Source of the DNA: Candidatus Latescibacterota bacterium
GTDB taxonomy: Bacteria > Latescibacterota > UBA2968
Reading direction: 5' to 3'
DNA: 64,000 nucleotides
Assembly (NCBI GenBank): GCA_965207885.1
Contig: OZ242311.1
Location: forward strand, 3,488,001-3,552,000
This document shows positions 9,285 to 18,405 of this stretch, in pieces (the first letter of the stretch is position 1; each line of letters begins with the position of its first letter). A program made the translations under genes and the position numbers. The notes below the pieces were generated by a model, which saw nothing but the letters and a program-made list of their open reading frames with translations, was not told where the DNA came from and ran no database searches.

Positions 9285-10727
9285 ATGCCGACAACCGAAA
9301 CTTCTCCCAATATACTCTTTATCCTGACCGATCAATGGCGGGGGGATTGCCTGGGCTATACCGGTCATCCCGCAGTTGAAACCCCTCACCTGGATCGTCT
9401 GGCAGACGAAGGTGTCACATTTACCCAGGCCTATGCCTCGTGTCCGGTATGCGTTGCTGCCCGCGCCACAATCCTTACGGGCCTCGCCCCCAAGCGCCAC
9501 GGATATCTCACCAACGGCGGCGTGCAGTGGGACTATCCAGTAACACTTCCCGGAACCCTATCAGATGCGGGTTATCACACCCAGTGCGTCGGCAAAATGC
9601 ACGTCTATCCCTGGCGCAATCTCGTGGGTTTTCACAACGTCGTACTGCACGATGGCTATATGCATCGCGCCCGGCGGGAAAACCGCGAATTTGGATTGAA
9701 TGACGATTACACCCCCTGGCTTCGGGAAAAACTCGGCGCGGTCTATGCCGACCACAACGACTCTGGCGTGGGATGCAATGGATACGCAGCGCAAGCCTGG
9801 CCCTACCACGAAATGCTTCACCCCACGAGTTGGGTGACCTCGCAGGGCATTGACTTCTTGCGCAGACGCGACACATCCAAACCCTTCTTCCTCACGCTAT
9901 CCTACCATCGGCCCCATCCGCCGCTGGATCCGCCCGCGTCTTTTTTAAATCGCTATTTGCAAAAGGACATTCCCCCACCCGCCATGGGAAACTGGGTTGA
10001 CCACGAACTCCGCAAAGGAGGCCACGACAGTCCGATCCCACGAGACCCGGCGCTGGTGGCCTTTGCTCGAAGAGCGTATTACGCACAGATTTCACACATC
10101 GATTTCCAGATCAATCGCATGATCATGGCGCTCAACGAATACGGTGTTCAGGATAACACGGCCATACTCTTCACCGCGGATCACGGTGAAATGCTATACG
10201 ATCACAACCATGTGGGAAAAGGCGTGCCCTATGACGGATCCGCTCGCGTGCCCTTCATCCTGCGAATGCCCAGAACATCTGGCGCTGCTGAACATGGATC
10301 CCTCGTAGAATCGCCGGTAGAACTGCGGGACATCTTCCCAACCTTCTGCGACATCGCAGGAATCGACACCCCGGACGATCTCGACGGAGAGAGTGTGTTG
10401 AATTGTGGCGGGAATAATTGGCGTCCGTTTATTCACGGAGAACACGCGACATCTGCCAATCAGTGGCTTACGGACGGCAAGGAGAAGTACGCCTGGTTTA
10501 CCCAGACGGGAAGAGAATTGCTCTTTGATCTAACCGAAGACCCCCGCGAAATCAACGACCTGTCCCGCGATCGTCCCGACCGATTGGCCTGGTGGCGCGA
10601 TCAACTGATTGAGGAACTCACAGGGCGACCAGAGGGATTTGTCCAGAACGGAAAACTGGTGCCCGGGCAACCAATTCAGGGCTTGCTCCCCCACGTCGGC
10701 AAAGGCGTACCCAAAGGCGCGATTTGA
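9285..10727 (+). CDS. Arylsulfatase / sulfatase-like hydrolase
   Basis: PNILFILTDQWRGD, CPVCVAAR formylglycine motif, GKMH, ADHGEM. Confidence 0.92.
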   Translation: MPTTETSPNILFILTDQWRGDCLGYTGHPAVETPHLDRLADEGVTFTQAYASCPVCVAARATILTGLAPKRHGYLTNGGVQWDYPVTLPGTLSDAGYHTQCVGKMHVYPWRNLVGFHNVVLHDGYMHRARRENREFGLNDDYTPWLREKLGAVYADHNDSGVGCNGYAAQAWPYHEMLHPTSWVTSQGIDFLRRRDTSKPFFLTLSYHRPHPPLDPPASFLNRYLQKDIPPPAMGNWVDHELRKGGHDSPIPRDPALVAFARRAYYAQISHIDFQINRMIMALNEYGVQDNTAILFTADHGEMLYDHNHVGKGVPYDGSARVPFILRMPRTSGAAEHGSLVESPVELRDIFPTFCDIAGIDTPDDLDGESVLNCGGNNWRPFIHGEHATSANQWLTDGKEKYAWFTQTGRELLFDLTEDPREINDLSRDRPDRLAWWRDQLIEELTGRPEGFVQNGKLVPGQPIQGLLPHVGKGVPKGAI

Positions 10728-10742
10728 GGAGAGGAATATCCC

Positions 10743-11564
10743 ATGTCACTACACGAACCCTTTACAGAAGAAGAATTATCGCCGATTCTCGAAGACTTTT
10801 ACAAAAACGGCGCGACCATCATCCGAAACGTCTTATCTCGGGAAGAATGCGAGCAAATATGCAGACGCGTCGATCAGATCTTCGCAGAACCCTATTTCGC
10901 CGAAATGCGAAACGTAAAAATAAAGCCGCAGCACGATGGCAAAGAACCCATCGTTGTGCATCGGCTATTTGAATGCGACCGGATGTTCCGCGACCTGCTC
11001 GTGCGCGAGCCTATCATATCTATCGCCGAAACAGTCCTCGGTGCCCAGTGCCATTGCATGGCACAGGGATGCATCTTGAACCGCACAGATCTGGGCATTA
11101 ACCGCTTTCACGTAGATGACAGCCTGGAATTTCCCATTACGGATGACAATATCAGCAGTCATGACAGGCGTCTTCGAATGCCCGTTTTCCGCATGTCTTT
11201 CCAGATCGCCCTGACAGACCAGGACGAAGACCAGTATGGCCCCAGCCAATTCGTACCCGGCAGCCACTACGCGGGCAGACAACCCAACGATCCGGAAAAT
11301 CCAACCTTTGACGGACAAGGACCAAAATCCCTGCACATGAAAGCGGGTGACCTCTACCTCCTCAGCAGCCAAACCTGGCACCGCGGCGCACCCAATACAT
11401 CCGACCGCATCCGCTACCTCTTTCACCAGGTCTATGGTCAGCGTTTCGTCGCCCAGCGATTCTGGCCCTATCTCAACTACCACATGCCCGATTACGTCCT
11501 CGAAGGCGCAGACGAACGCCTCCTCCGCGTTCTCGGAAAACACCCCGAAATGGCTTATGGATAG
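10743..11564 (+). CDS. PhyH family dioxygenase (canonical HxD)
   Basis: FHVDD, FVPGSH, AGDLYLLSSQTWHRG. Confidence 0.88.
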   Translation: MSLHEPFTEEELSPILEDFYKNGATIIRNVLSREECEQICRRVDQIFAEPYFAEMRNVKIKPQHDGKEPIVVHRLFECDRMFRDLLVREPIISIAETVLGAQCHCMAQGCILNRTDLGINRFHVDDSLEFPITDDNISSHDRRLRMPVFRMSFQIALTDQDEDQYGPSQFVPGSHYAGRQPNDPENPTFDGQGPKSLHMKAGDLYLLSSQTWHRGAPNTSDRIRYLFHQVYGQRFVAQRFWPYLNYHMPDYVLEGADERLLRVLGKHPEMAYG

Positions 11565-11609
11565 TTCTCCATACCACTCCCACCATTACAATAGCTTCAT
11601 CTCTGTTCA

Positions 11610-13361
11610 TTAGTCCCCCCGCCTGTTGTACGGGGGCTCGTATTCCAACAGTGCCGACTTCCCGATCATCTCAACAAACCGCACGATCCACTCAGAACCG
11701 TTGACATCCGTGAGCAGCAAGGGCTGATTCAATTTGAAGTGAACGGGTTGCTGCTTGCCTCCTTCAATGGCAATATTCGTCGCGTAAAGGTACATGCGAT
11801 CACGGTTGTCAAGGATCGGATTTAGTCGCCCGGTCAAATTGGGCAAATGACCTGTTCTTTCCGTGAAAATCTCTGATCCTCCCATCGGCAGCGTATCGAG
11901 CTGCACAGATAGCGGTTCTGGTGGCTGCCAATCCCTCACGACATGTGCTCTGTACCCCGGCATCGCACAGAAAACCGTGATGGGGAGTTCCGAGTGAAAC
12001 CCGAAATCGACCCGACCAAACGTATCGGTCTTCCCCTCCATCCATGTCTTGTTGGGATACAGCGCAACGACCTTTGCACCCGCGAGTAGCCGACCCGCGG
12101 CAGATACGGACACTTCACCTTCAATGCCCGTTACCGGCGGACGGGCGGACGGTATCGTCAGCCGCAGTTCTGCGCCATCGAGCAGTTCGTAGTCCGGATC
12201 GCGCCCTGTCAGATCTCGCGTCTGCTCATAGATAATCGGGACACCTTCGCCGCGTTGCTCCAGAAAGTACTGCCGATCGCCAGCACCGACGATATCCCCT
12301 ACTGTAAGCATACGGAAGACGGACGCGAGCGTTTCGTTGCGGGTGGCTTGTCGATTGCGCATAGCTTCGATACGCAGCGTGTTGGGCAGGGCACCCGGCG
12401 AATATAACTCAAGTCGATCATCGAAGATAAAGAGCCGTATCTTTGCATTCTCTATTGAGTAGTCGCGGTGGACCACGGCGTTGACGATGGCCTCGAACAC
12501 CGCCTGCGGACTGAATTGCGGGACCTCCACCCGCCCAGGGTCTTTGCGCGCCGCCACCCGCGTGTTGAGCCTGGCGAAATTGACGGCGTCGCGGACCTGC
12601 TGGTCTAATGGACCAGTGATTGACACCGCATCGTGCTGGCTCGCGCGACCAAGCACTGTGCCGCGATAGCGAACAGCTTCGATCATCGCACCGCGTATAT
12701 GCTCATCCGGGCGCGCTGTGCAAAGCAGCACCCCGGCAACCGTTGCGCGAATCACACCGCTGTCATCCTCCCTCACCAGCCCCAGCTTTGTGAGTTGAGC
12801 GTCGGTGGACTCAGTGGCGCGCGAGCTCAAGAAACGGTCCACAAGTGTCGATTCGAGTGTGTTGGGACCGGTTCCAGTGACAATCGCTTCGTCAGGACCA
12901 AGGAGGCCAGAACGCCCCCGCTGTTGAAACAGGCGGTGCAATGCTTCCGGCGACAATTCCCGCCTGGCACTGCCCTGACGGGAAAGATATCCCCCGGGAC
13001 TCTTGTGTACCAGCGCACTCTGTTCGACTTCGACCACCAACACGGACGAACCGTCCGGCAAAGCCAGCCGTTGGGTGACAAACGCCAGCGAGGGACGGAT
13101 GCTATCCGCACAAATCTCGCCGACGAAGGCTTCCAACGCATCCATCTGTTTCCGGTCCAGCGATCGCACCTCACCGGCATCTGACACACTGAAAATCAAT
13201 GTGCCACCGATGGTGTTGCCAAAAGCAGCCAACTCGTTGGCGATGGTTTCCCTACGCGGTGCCCACACGCGACCACCAGCAAACACAACTTCTTTGAACT
13301 CAACGCGGCTATCCTCGCCAAGTTCGATTTGCCGCAACAAGCTATCGCTATCCCAGGGCAT
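11610..13361 (-). CDS. Schlafen/AlbA_2 domain plus HATPase_c_4 (RecG C-terminal-like) protein with an extra uncharacterised C-terminal beta-rich domain
   Basis: GEDSRVEFKE...AAFGNTIGGTLIFSVSD (AlbA_2); EAIVNAVVHRDYS...DDRLELYSPG...EQRGEGV (HATPase_c_4); ATG at 13361 chosen by RBS spacing. Confidence 0.85.
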   Translation of the reverse strand: MPWDSDSLLRQIELGEDSRVEFKEVVFAGGRVWAPRRETIANELAAFGNTIGGTLIFSVSDAGEVRSLDRKQMDALEAFVGEICADSIRPSLAFVTQRLALPDGSSVLVVEVEQSALVHKSPGGYLSRQGSARRELSPEALHRLFQQRGRSGLLGPDEAIVTGTGPNTLESTLVDRFLSSRATESTDAQLTKLGLVREDDSGVIRATVAGVLLCTARPDEHIRGAMIEAVRYRGTVLGRASQHDAVSITGPLDQQVRDAVNFARLNTRVAARKDPGRVEVPQFSPQAVFEAIVNAVVHRDYSIENAKIRLFIFDDRLELYSPGALPNTLRIEAMRNRQATRNETLASVFRMLTVGDIVGAGDRQYFLEQRGEGVPIIYEQTRDLTGRDPDYELLDGAELRLTIPSARPPVTGIEGEVSVSAAGRLLAGAKVVALYPNKTWMEGKTDTFGRVDFGFHSELPITVFCAMPGYRAHVVRDWQPPEPLSVQLDTLPMGGSEIFTERTGHLPNLTGRLNPILDNRDRMYLYATNIAIEGGKQQPVHFKLNQPLLLTDVNGSEWIVRFVEMIGKSALLEYEPPYNRRGD

Positions 13362-13460
13362 TACCATTCCCCTTTTGCAAACTTTGGCCACGCCAGGCCA
13401 TCAGTGCATTGCCGCTTCTTCTTTGGCCTCAAACTCCGACTGCACCTCACAAGCATTTTC

Positions 13461-14291
13461 TCACCCACCCGGCACAAATTGCCGCAGATAATTCACGGCT
13501 TTGGGAACTGCTGTCTCTTCTGCCTCTTCGTCCTGCCCCTCATACACGATCGACACCCAGCCGTTGTAATTCACCCCATTCAAAATCTCAAAAATGCGCG
13601 GATAATTCAGCCAGACCTCTTCTCCCGTACTGATGCGATAGACCTTTGCGCGGACATGCACGGCAAGAGGGGCTGTCTCCGCAATACTCCCATAAAAATT
13701 CAATGCAGGATCTTCAGTCCCGCGCTGACCACTCGACCCCGGCGACCCGACGTATTGCCCCGTATCGAGAATATGGGACAAATGGGGATTATCGACCGTC
13801 TCGAGAATCCGGCGCACATCTTTACCCGTGCGCGTAACACACCCGTGATTGTGATTGTGCAAACCCAGGACAATGCCTTTTTGTTGTCCGTACTCCGCGA
13901 CCTCCTGCATACAGGGCATCATGCGGTCCCAAACCTGTTCTTCAGGCTCGTCATTACGATTCCACGCCGCAAAAATCCGCACGAGTGGCACCCCCATAAA
14001 CTCTGCAACATCGACCCAGTGCTTGACACTATCTATCACCTCCTGCAACTCTTCCTGGGGCCTGCCAAAATCATTACTCACACCCAGATACGAAATCACC
14101 AGACCGCGCCTGAGACAGCGCATGCGAATATCCCGCAAATACGCAGGGTCTTCAGATTCAAACGCACGGGTGTGAATATCAATTCCATCCAGACGCAGAT
14201 CATAAGCCTTGTCGATAAACCCCGCCATATCGATTTCGCCAGCAGTGAACTGATCTTTGTAACTCAGAGACATACAACCCAATTTCATCAT
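13461..14291 (-). CDS. Sugar phosphate isomerase/epimerase (xylose isomerase-like TIM barrel)
   Basis: GIVLGLHNH, ILDTGQY, HVRAK, YNGWVSIVYEG. Confidence 0.88.
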   Translation of the reverse strand: MMKLGCMSLSYKDQFTAGEIDMAGFIDKAYDLRLDGIDIHTRAFESEDPAYLRDIRMRCLRRGLVISYLGVSNDFGRPQEELQEVIDSVKHWVDVAEFMGVPLVRIFAAWNRNDEPEEQVWDRMMPCMQEVAEYGQQKGIVLGLHNHNHGCVTRTGKDVRRILETVDNPHLSHILDTGQYVGSPGSSGQRGTEDPALNFYGSIAETAPLAVHVRAKVYRISTGEEVWLNYPRIFEILNGVNYNGWVSIVYEGQDEEAEETAVPKAVNYLRQFVPGG

Positions 14292-14309
14292 GGTTAATAT
14301 CCTTTCGGT

Positions 14310-15449
14310 TTAAGTTTCACTCCTCACTTCATTCAGCGCATCGAGCAATCGCGCCACATCATCGCTACCATTGTACAAATGCGTGGAAACGCGCACCCGT
14401 CCAAACTCGCCCCAGCAAAAAACATTGCGCTCTTCAAGGCGATTGACCAATTCGCGACCATCATCACACGCAAAGCAGGTATTGCCCGACCGCGCTTCCC
14501 GGTTATCGGGCGAAATGACCTCATAGCCCAACTTCGCAAGTCCCTGGGACACCAGTACGGACAAATCGCGTGCGTGATTTTCAATCTTCTCGGGACCAAT
14601 ATCTAAAATCACGCCCAGCGCGTGATCCAGGTGCATAACCACCTGCATAGCTGGATTCCCGGGCTCGAGCTTCTCTGGCATCGGTTGTTCGGCGACCTCG
14701 GGATCCCGCTCGGCGGTTTGTTCGGGCCACACTTTGAGATTGTGCCAGCCAAAACACGTCGAAGCCACCTGCTCTTCTGCGCGTTCGCTCAAATAGCAAG
14801 GCGCCGTACCATGCGTTGCCAAAAGCCACTTATAACTGCTACTCACCGTGAGATCGGTCAAATGCGCTGGCACGCGCAAAACACCCGAAGAATGCGTGGC
14901 ATCAACGGCGAATAACGCGCCTTTTTTCCCTGCACCCTCAGAGAGTTGCGCCAAATTTAAACACTGTCCCGTATAAAACCCCACATGGCTAACAGCGAGA
15001 ACGCGCGTGCGGGAATCAACAGCGTCGAGGAGACCCTCTTCGCGCACCCGCCACTGTTTATGCGGCACCAGACGAACCTCAACACCCCTGGATCGCAGAT
15101 GCTTCCACGCATACGCCACAGAGGGAAACTCGAGATTATTGGTCACGACATTATCGCCTGGTTGCCAGTCCAACCCCCGCGAAAACCAGCCCATGCCCTC
15201 GGCAGCAGAAGGCATAAACGCAATGCGATTGGCCGGCACATTCCAGAGCTGCCCCATGCGCTTGCGACAGCGTTCTCCCCTGTCGTAAATTTTATCGCGG
15301 CCCTTGTGCGATCCACCCTTAAATCTGGCAAAATCGGCATATACTTCAGCCTGACTTTTGAGCCATGGGGACTCACCCCCCGTACACAGGTGGGCCAGGC
15401 CTTCAATACCTTCAAAAGCATCGGGTGAAAGAAGAGGTGCAATTGTCAA
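14310..15449 (-). CDS. Class V PLP-dependent aminotransferase-fold enzyme (not a canonical desulfurase)
   Basis: LEFPS, VDATHSSG, SSYKWL (PLP lysine), RVRVSTHLYN; no RxGxxC persulfide loop. Confidence 0.85.
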   Translation of the reverse strand: MTIAPLLSPDAFEGIEGLAHLCTGGESPWLKSQAEVYADFARFKGGSHKGRDKIYDRGERCRKRMGQLWNVPANRIAFMPSAAEGMGWFSRGLDWQPGDNVVTNNLEFPSVAYAWKHLRSRGVEVRLVPHKQWRVREEGLLDAVDSRTRVLAVSHVGFYTGQCLNLAQLSEGAGKKGALFAVDATHSSGVLRVPAHLTDLTVSSSYKWLLATHGTAPCYLSERAEEQVASTCFGWHNLKVWPEQTAERDPEVAEQPMPEKLEPGNPAMQVVMHLDHALGVILDIGPEKIENHARDLSVLVSQGLAKLGYEVISPDNREARSGNTCFACDDGRELVNRLEERNVFCWGEFGRVRVSTHLYNGSDDVARLLDALNEVRSET

Positions 15450-15529
15450 AAGAACTCCTTTCTCTATTTGGAATATTGATCAACAAACAGACCATTCCCC
15501 AATATAGTCTTTATATCTCATTCATCCAC

Positions 15530-15562
15530 AAATAAAATAAGGGTCGTGAAGTCACGACCCTT
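15530..15562 (-). terminator. Rho-independent terminator downstream of tRNA-Glu
   Basis: Stem aagggtcgtg / cacgaccctt followed by a T-rich tail on the minus strand. Confidence 0.75.
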
Positions 15563-15583
15563 TGAATAATACACGCACATTAA

Positions 15584-15658
15584 TGGCGACCCCGAGGGGA
15601 ATCGAACCCCCGTTGCCGGGATGAAAACCCGGTGTCCTAACCACTGAACGACGGGGTC
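15584..15658 (-). tRNA. tRNA-Glu(TTC)
   Basis: Reverse complement GACCCCG...CCGGG-TTTTCAT-CCCGG...GGTTCGATTCC...CGGGGTCGCCA forms a full cloverleaf with encoded CCA. Confidence 0.97.
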
Positions 15659-15674
15659 GCCTCATAGATAGGGA

Positions 15675-15703
15675 AATATATATAAAACCCAAAAACGAAG
15701 CAA
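15675..15703 (-). promoter_or_regulatory. Sigma70-type promoter for tRNA-Glu
   Basis: TTGCTT-17 bp-TATATT on the minus strand, 16 bp before the tRNA. Confidence 0.6.
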
Positions 15704-15735
15704 GGCAGAATCTAAAAAAATAAATTCCTCACACC

Positions 15736-15764
15736 TTGACAAAATCACACTCTGGATATACACT
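15736..15764 (+). promoter_or_regulatory. Sigma70-type promoter for the dehydrogenase operon
   Basis: TTGACA-17 bp-TACACT. Confidence 0.65.
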
Positions 15765-15801
15765 ATATTTTTCGCAAAAACAACAATAGAAAGGACGCAC
15801 T

Positions 15802-16764
15802 GTGGCAAAATTCAACATCCTGCTCTTTGAACCCGTACATCCCTGTGGACAGGATCACCTTCTCAAAAACGACTGCGAAATCCTCTGGGCACAAGGATTT
15901 GAACCCGATCAAATCATTGCCTCGATCAAAGACGCAGACGGCATTCTCGCACGCGCTCGGGGCATCATCGACGGACCCGTAATGGACCGGGCACCGCGCC
16001 TCAAAGTCATAGGTCGCCACGGCATTGGCGTCGATAACATCGACGTTGACGCCGCCACCGAGCGTGGTATCTACGTCGTCAACACCCCCGGCGCCCCCGG
16101 CGAAGCCGTCGCCGAATATCTCGCCATGTCCTTCATCGCCCTGCCGCGCAAAATTGGTCAAGCCGATACCGCGACTCGCTCTGGCGACTGGGCACTTCGA
16201 GACCGCGTACACGCCCCTGAATTACTCGGCAAAACCCTGGGAATTATCGGCTTTGGTCGCATTGGCCGTCGCCTTGCGGAAATTTGCTCCCTCGGCTTTG
16301 GAATGAACGTCATCTACACCGACGAATTTCCCGCATCTACAGAAGAAGAAAACCGCCTGAATGTGCGCCGCGTGGAATTGGACGAACTCCTCTCTGCCTC
16401 GGACTATATCAGCCTCAACGTCCCCCTCCTCGACAGCACGCATCACCTCATCAATACCGACACACTCGCCCGCATGCAACCCCACGCCATTATCGCCAAT
16501 TGCAGCCGCGGTCCAGTTATCGACGAACAAGCACTCGTAACCGCATTGAAAAACAAACAAATTGGCGGCGCAATCATCGACGTCTTTGAACAAGAACCCG
16601 CAACGCCAGACAATCCCCTGTGCGAACTCGACAATGTGCTCCTGTCGCCCCATTATTCCGGCCACTCGGCTGAATCAATACAAAAAATGGCAATGGTCGC
16701 AGCGGATATCGTGCGCGTTCTCAACGGACAAAAACCCGATTTTCCCGTCAACGGACCGTTCTAA
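15802..16764 (+). CDS. D-isomer-specific 2-hydroxyacid dehydrogenase (SerA-like, no ACT domain)
   Basis: RHGIGVDNID, GIIGFGRIG, NCSRGPVID, DVFEQEP, SPHYSG. Confidence 0.9.
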   Translation: MAKFNILLFEPVHPCGQDHLLKNDCEILWAQGFEPDQIIASIKDADGILARARGIIDGPVMDRAPRLKVIGRHGIGVDNIDVDAATERGIYVVNTPGAPGEAVAEYLAMSFIALPRKIGQADTATRSGDWALRDRVHAPELLGKTLGIIGFGRIGRRLAEICSLGFGMNVIYTDEFPASTEEENRLNVRRVELDELLSASDYISLNVPLLDSTHHLINTDTLARMQPHAIIANCSRGPVIDEQALVTALKNKQIGGAIIDVFEQEPATPDNPLCELDNVLLSPHYSGHSAESIQKMAMVAADIVRVLNGQKPDFPVNGPF

Positions 16765-16775
16765 AGGATCTAACC

Positions 16776-17591
16776 ATGCGATATATCATGCTCGGCAGCG
16801 GTGCGGTGCGGGACAACCCGAATCGCGGCGGCCCATCGCAATTATTGCAAATTGGCAATGAAAACTGGATGTTTGACTGCGGTCGATCAGCGTGTACAAA
16901 CCTGGCGCGCGCAGGTGTGAATTGCGAAGATATAGATCGACTATTTTTGACCCACCTGCACTTCGATCACATCGTCGATGTTCCCTATCTCGTATTTGTG
17001 GGATGGGTGAAAGTACGCAAAAAGCCCCTTCAAATTTATGGTCCTGTCGGGACAAAACACTTTATATCGCATGTCATTCGCCCGCCCTTTGAGCAGGATA
17101 TTCAAAGTCGAATTGGGCATGGAAAAGACGACAGTGTACTCGATCCCGAAGTTACTGAGATCGGGGCAAAAGGCGAATTTTTATCCACGGACGACTTTCA
17201 ATTATCCGCAACATTCACAGACCACGGCGGCATCCCCACGCTCGTCTATCGCGTCGATACCAGAAATCACCGCGTCGTAATTACGGGCGATGGGAATCCC
17301 GATGCGGAATTCCCGGCATTCTGTCAAAATGCCGATTTATTATCCATAGAATGTTCGGGCACCGCTGAATTCCTGGCGACCCAACCCTGGGGATCGTGGC
17401 ATATTACACCGCCAGAAATCGCAGAAATCGCAACCGCAGCCAATGTAAAACGCGTGATAATCAAGCATCTGGTAATCGAAGATATCACGGGTGATCTACA
17501 AGCTGTGCATCGCATGGGCGACCAGATTCGGAAAGAATACGGCGGCGAAGTCATGGTCGGCGAAGATGGGTTGATAGTCGAAATCGGATAA
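16776..17591 (+). CDS. MBL-fold metallohydrolase (RNase Z/AtsA-like)
   Basis: LGSG, FDCG, THLHFDH, ITGDG, WHITP. Confidence 0.85.
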   Translation: MRYIMLGSGAVRDNPNRGGPSQLLQIGNENWMFDCGRSACTNLARAGVNCEDIDRLFLTHLHFDHIVDVPYLVFVGWVKVRKKPLQIYGPVGTKHFISHVIRPPFEQDIQSRIGHGKDDSVLDPEVTEIGAKGEFLSTDDFQLSATFTDHGGIPTLVYRVDTRNHRVVITGDGNPDAEFPAFCQNADLLSIECSGTAEFLATQPWGSWHITPPEIAEIATAANVKRVIIKHLVIEDITGDLQAVHRMGDQIRKEYGGEVMVGEDGLIVEIG

Positions 17592-17613
17592 ATTTATGGA
17601 AGAGAGGACTCAA

Positions 17614-18297
17614 ATGATTCTTACAGGACACCGGGGAGCAGCAGCACTCGAACCTGAAAATACGCTGCTATCCATGCAAAAAGCGATAGATCTCGGCGTC
17701 GATCAGATCGAGCTTGACGTACACCTCACACGCGATCAGCACCTCGTCGTCATTCACGATACCACCGTAGATCGAACGACCGATGGACAGGGCGCGGTCG
17801 CCGACTTGACGTTATCGGAAGTTAAGCAGTTAGACGCTGGCAAAGGAGAACGCATTCCGACACTACAGGAAGTCATAGACCTGGTGCGCGAGAAAGTGGT
17901 CCTTCAGATTGAACTGAAAGGACCCAACACCGCCGAGCCAGTCGTCCGGACGGTTGAGCAAAATAATATAGAAAGCGAGGTACTTCTGACCTCATTTGTC
18001 CATGAGCGGCTACGCGAAGCGCGCCAGCTTAATCCAAGCCTGGCACTGGGTGCGTTGTGGTCGAATCCACCATCTGATGCGTGTGAACAGGCTATCGATA
18101 TGGGAGCGGTAGGGATACACATCCTGCATCCAAATATCGACGCCCAGCTCGTACAGAAAGCCCATGCACACGGCCTCCTGATCCGCGCCTGGAACCCCGA
18201 CACGGTTGAGGAGATACAGCGTGTTATCGATCTGGGAGTTGACGCCATCGGCTCGAACCGTCCAGATCTGTTAATCGCACTTGGACGCCCATCGTGA
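17614..18297 (+). CDS. Glycerophosphodiester phosphodiesterase
   Basis: GHRGAAALEPENTL, IELDVHLTRD, VVIHD, IELK; ATG at 17614 follows GAGG. Confidence 0.93.
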   Translation: MILTGHRGAAALEPENTLLSMQKAIDLGVDQIELDVHLTRDQHLVVIHDTTVDRTTDGQGAVADLTLSEVKQLDAGKGERIPTLQEVIDLVREKVVLQIELKGPNTAEPVVRTVEQNNIESEVLLTSFVHERLREARQLNPSLALGALWSNPPSDACEQAIDMGAVGIHILHPNIDAQLVQKAHAHGLLIRAWNPDTVEEIQRVIDLGVDAIGSNRPDLLIALGRPS

Positions 18298-18405
18298 AAC
18301 TTTATGTAATGCCAAATCGTCCACAATTTCAAACAGAACACAATATTTGGCTCTAATTCCCGTATTTTGTTTATATTTTCCCGAGAATTTTCTAAAGGAA
18401 TAGAA

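Noticed and set aside
13329-14297. 322-aa ORF on the + strand
   Set aside because: Antisense shadow of the TIM-barrel isomerase, which has clear family motifs.
14310-15449. Second cysteine desulfurase
   Set aside because: It lacks the persulfide-forming Cys loop; it is a class V PLP enzyme of another function.
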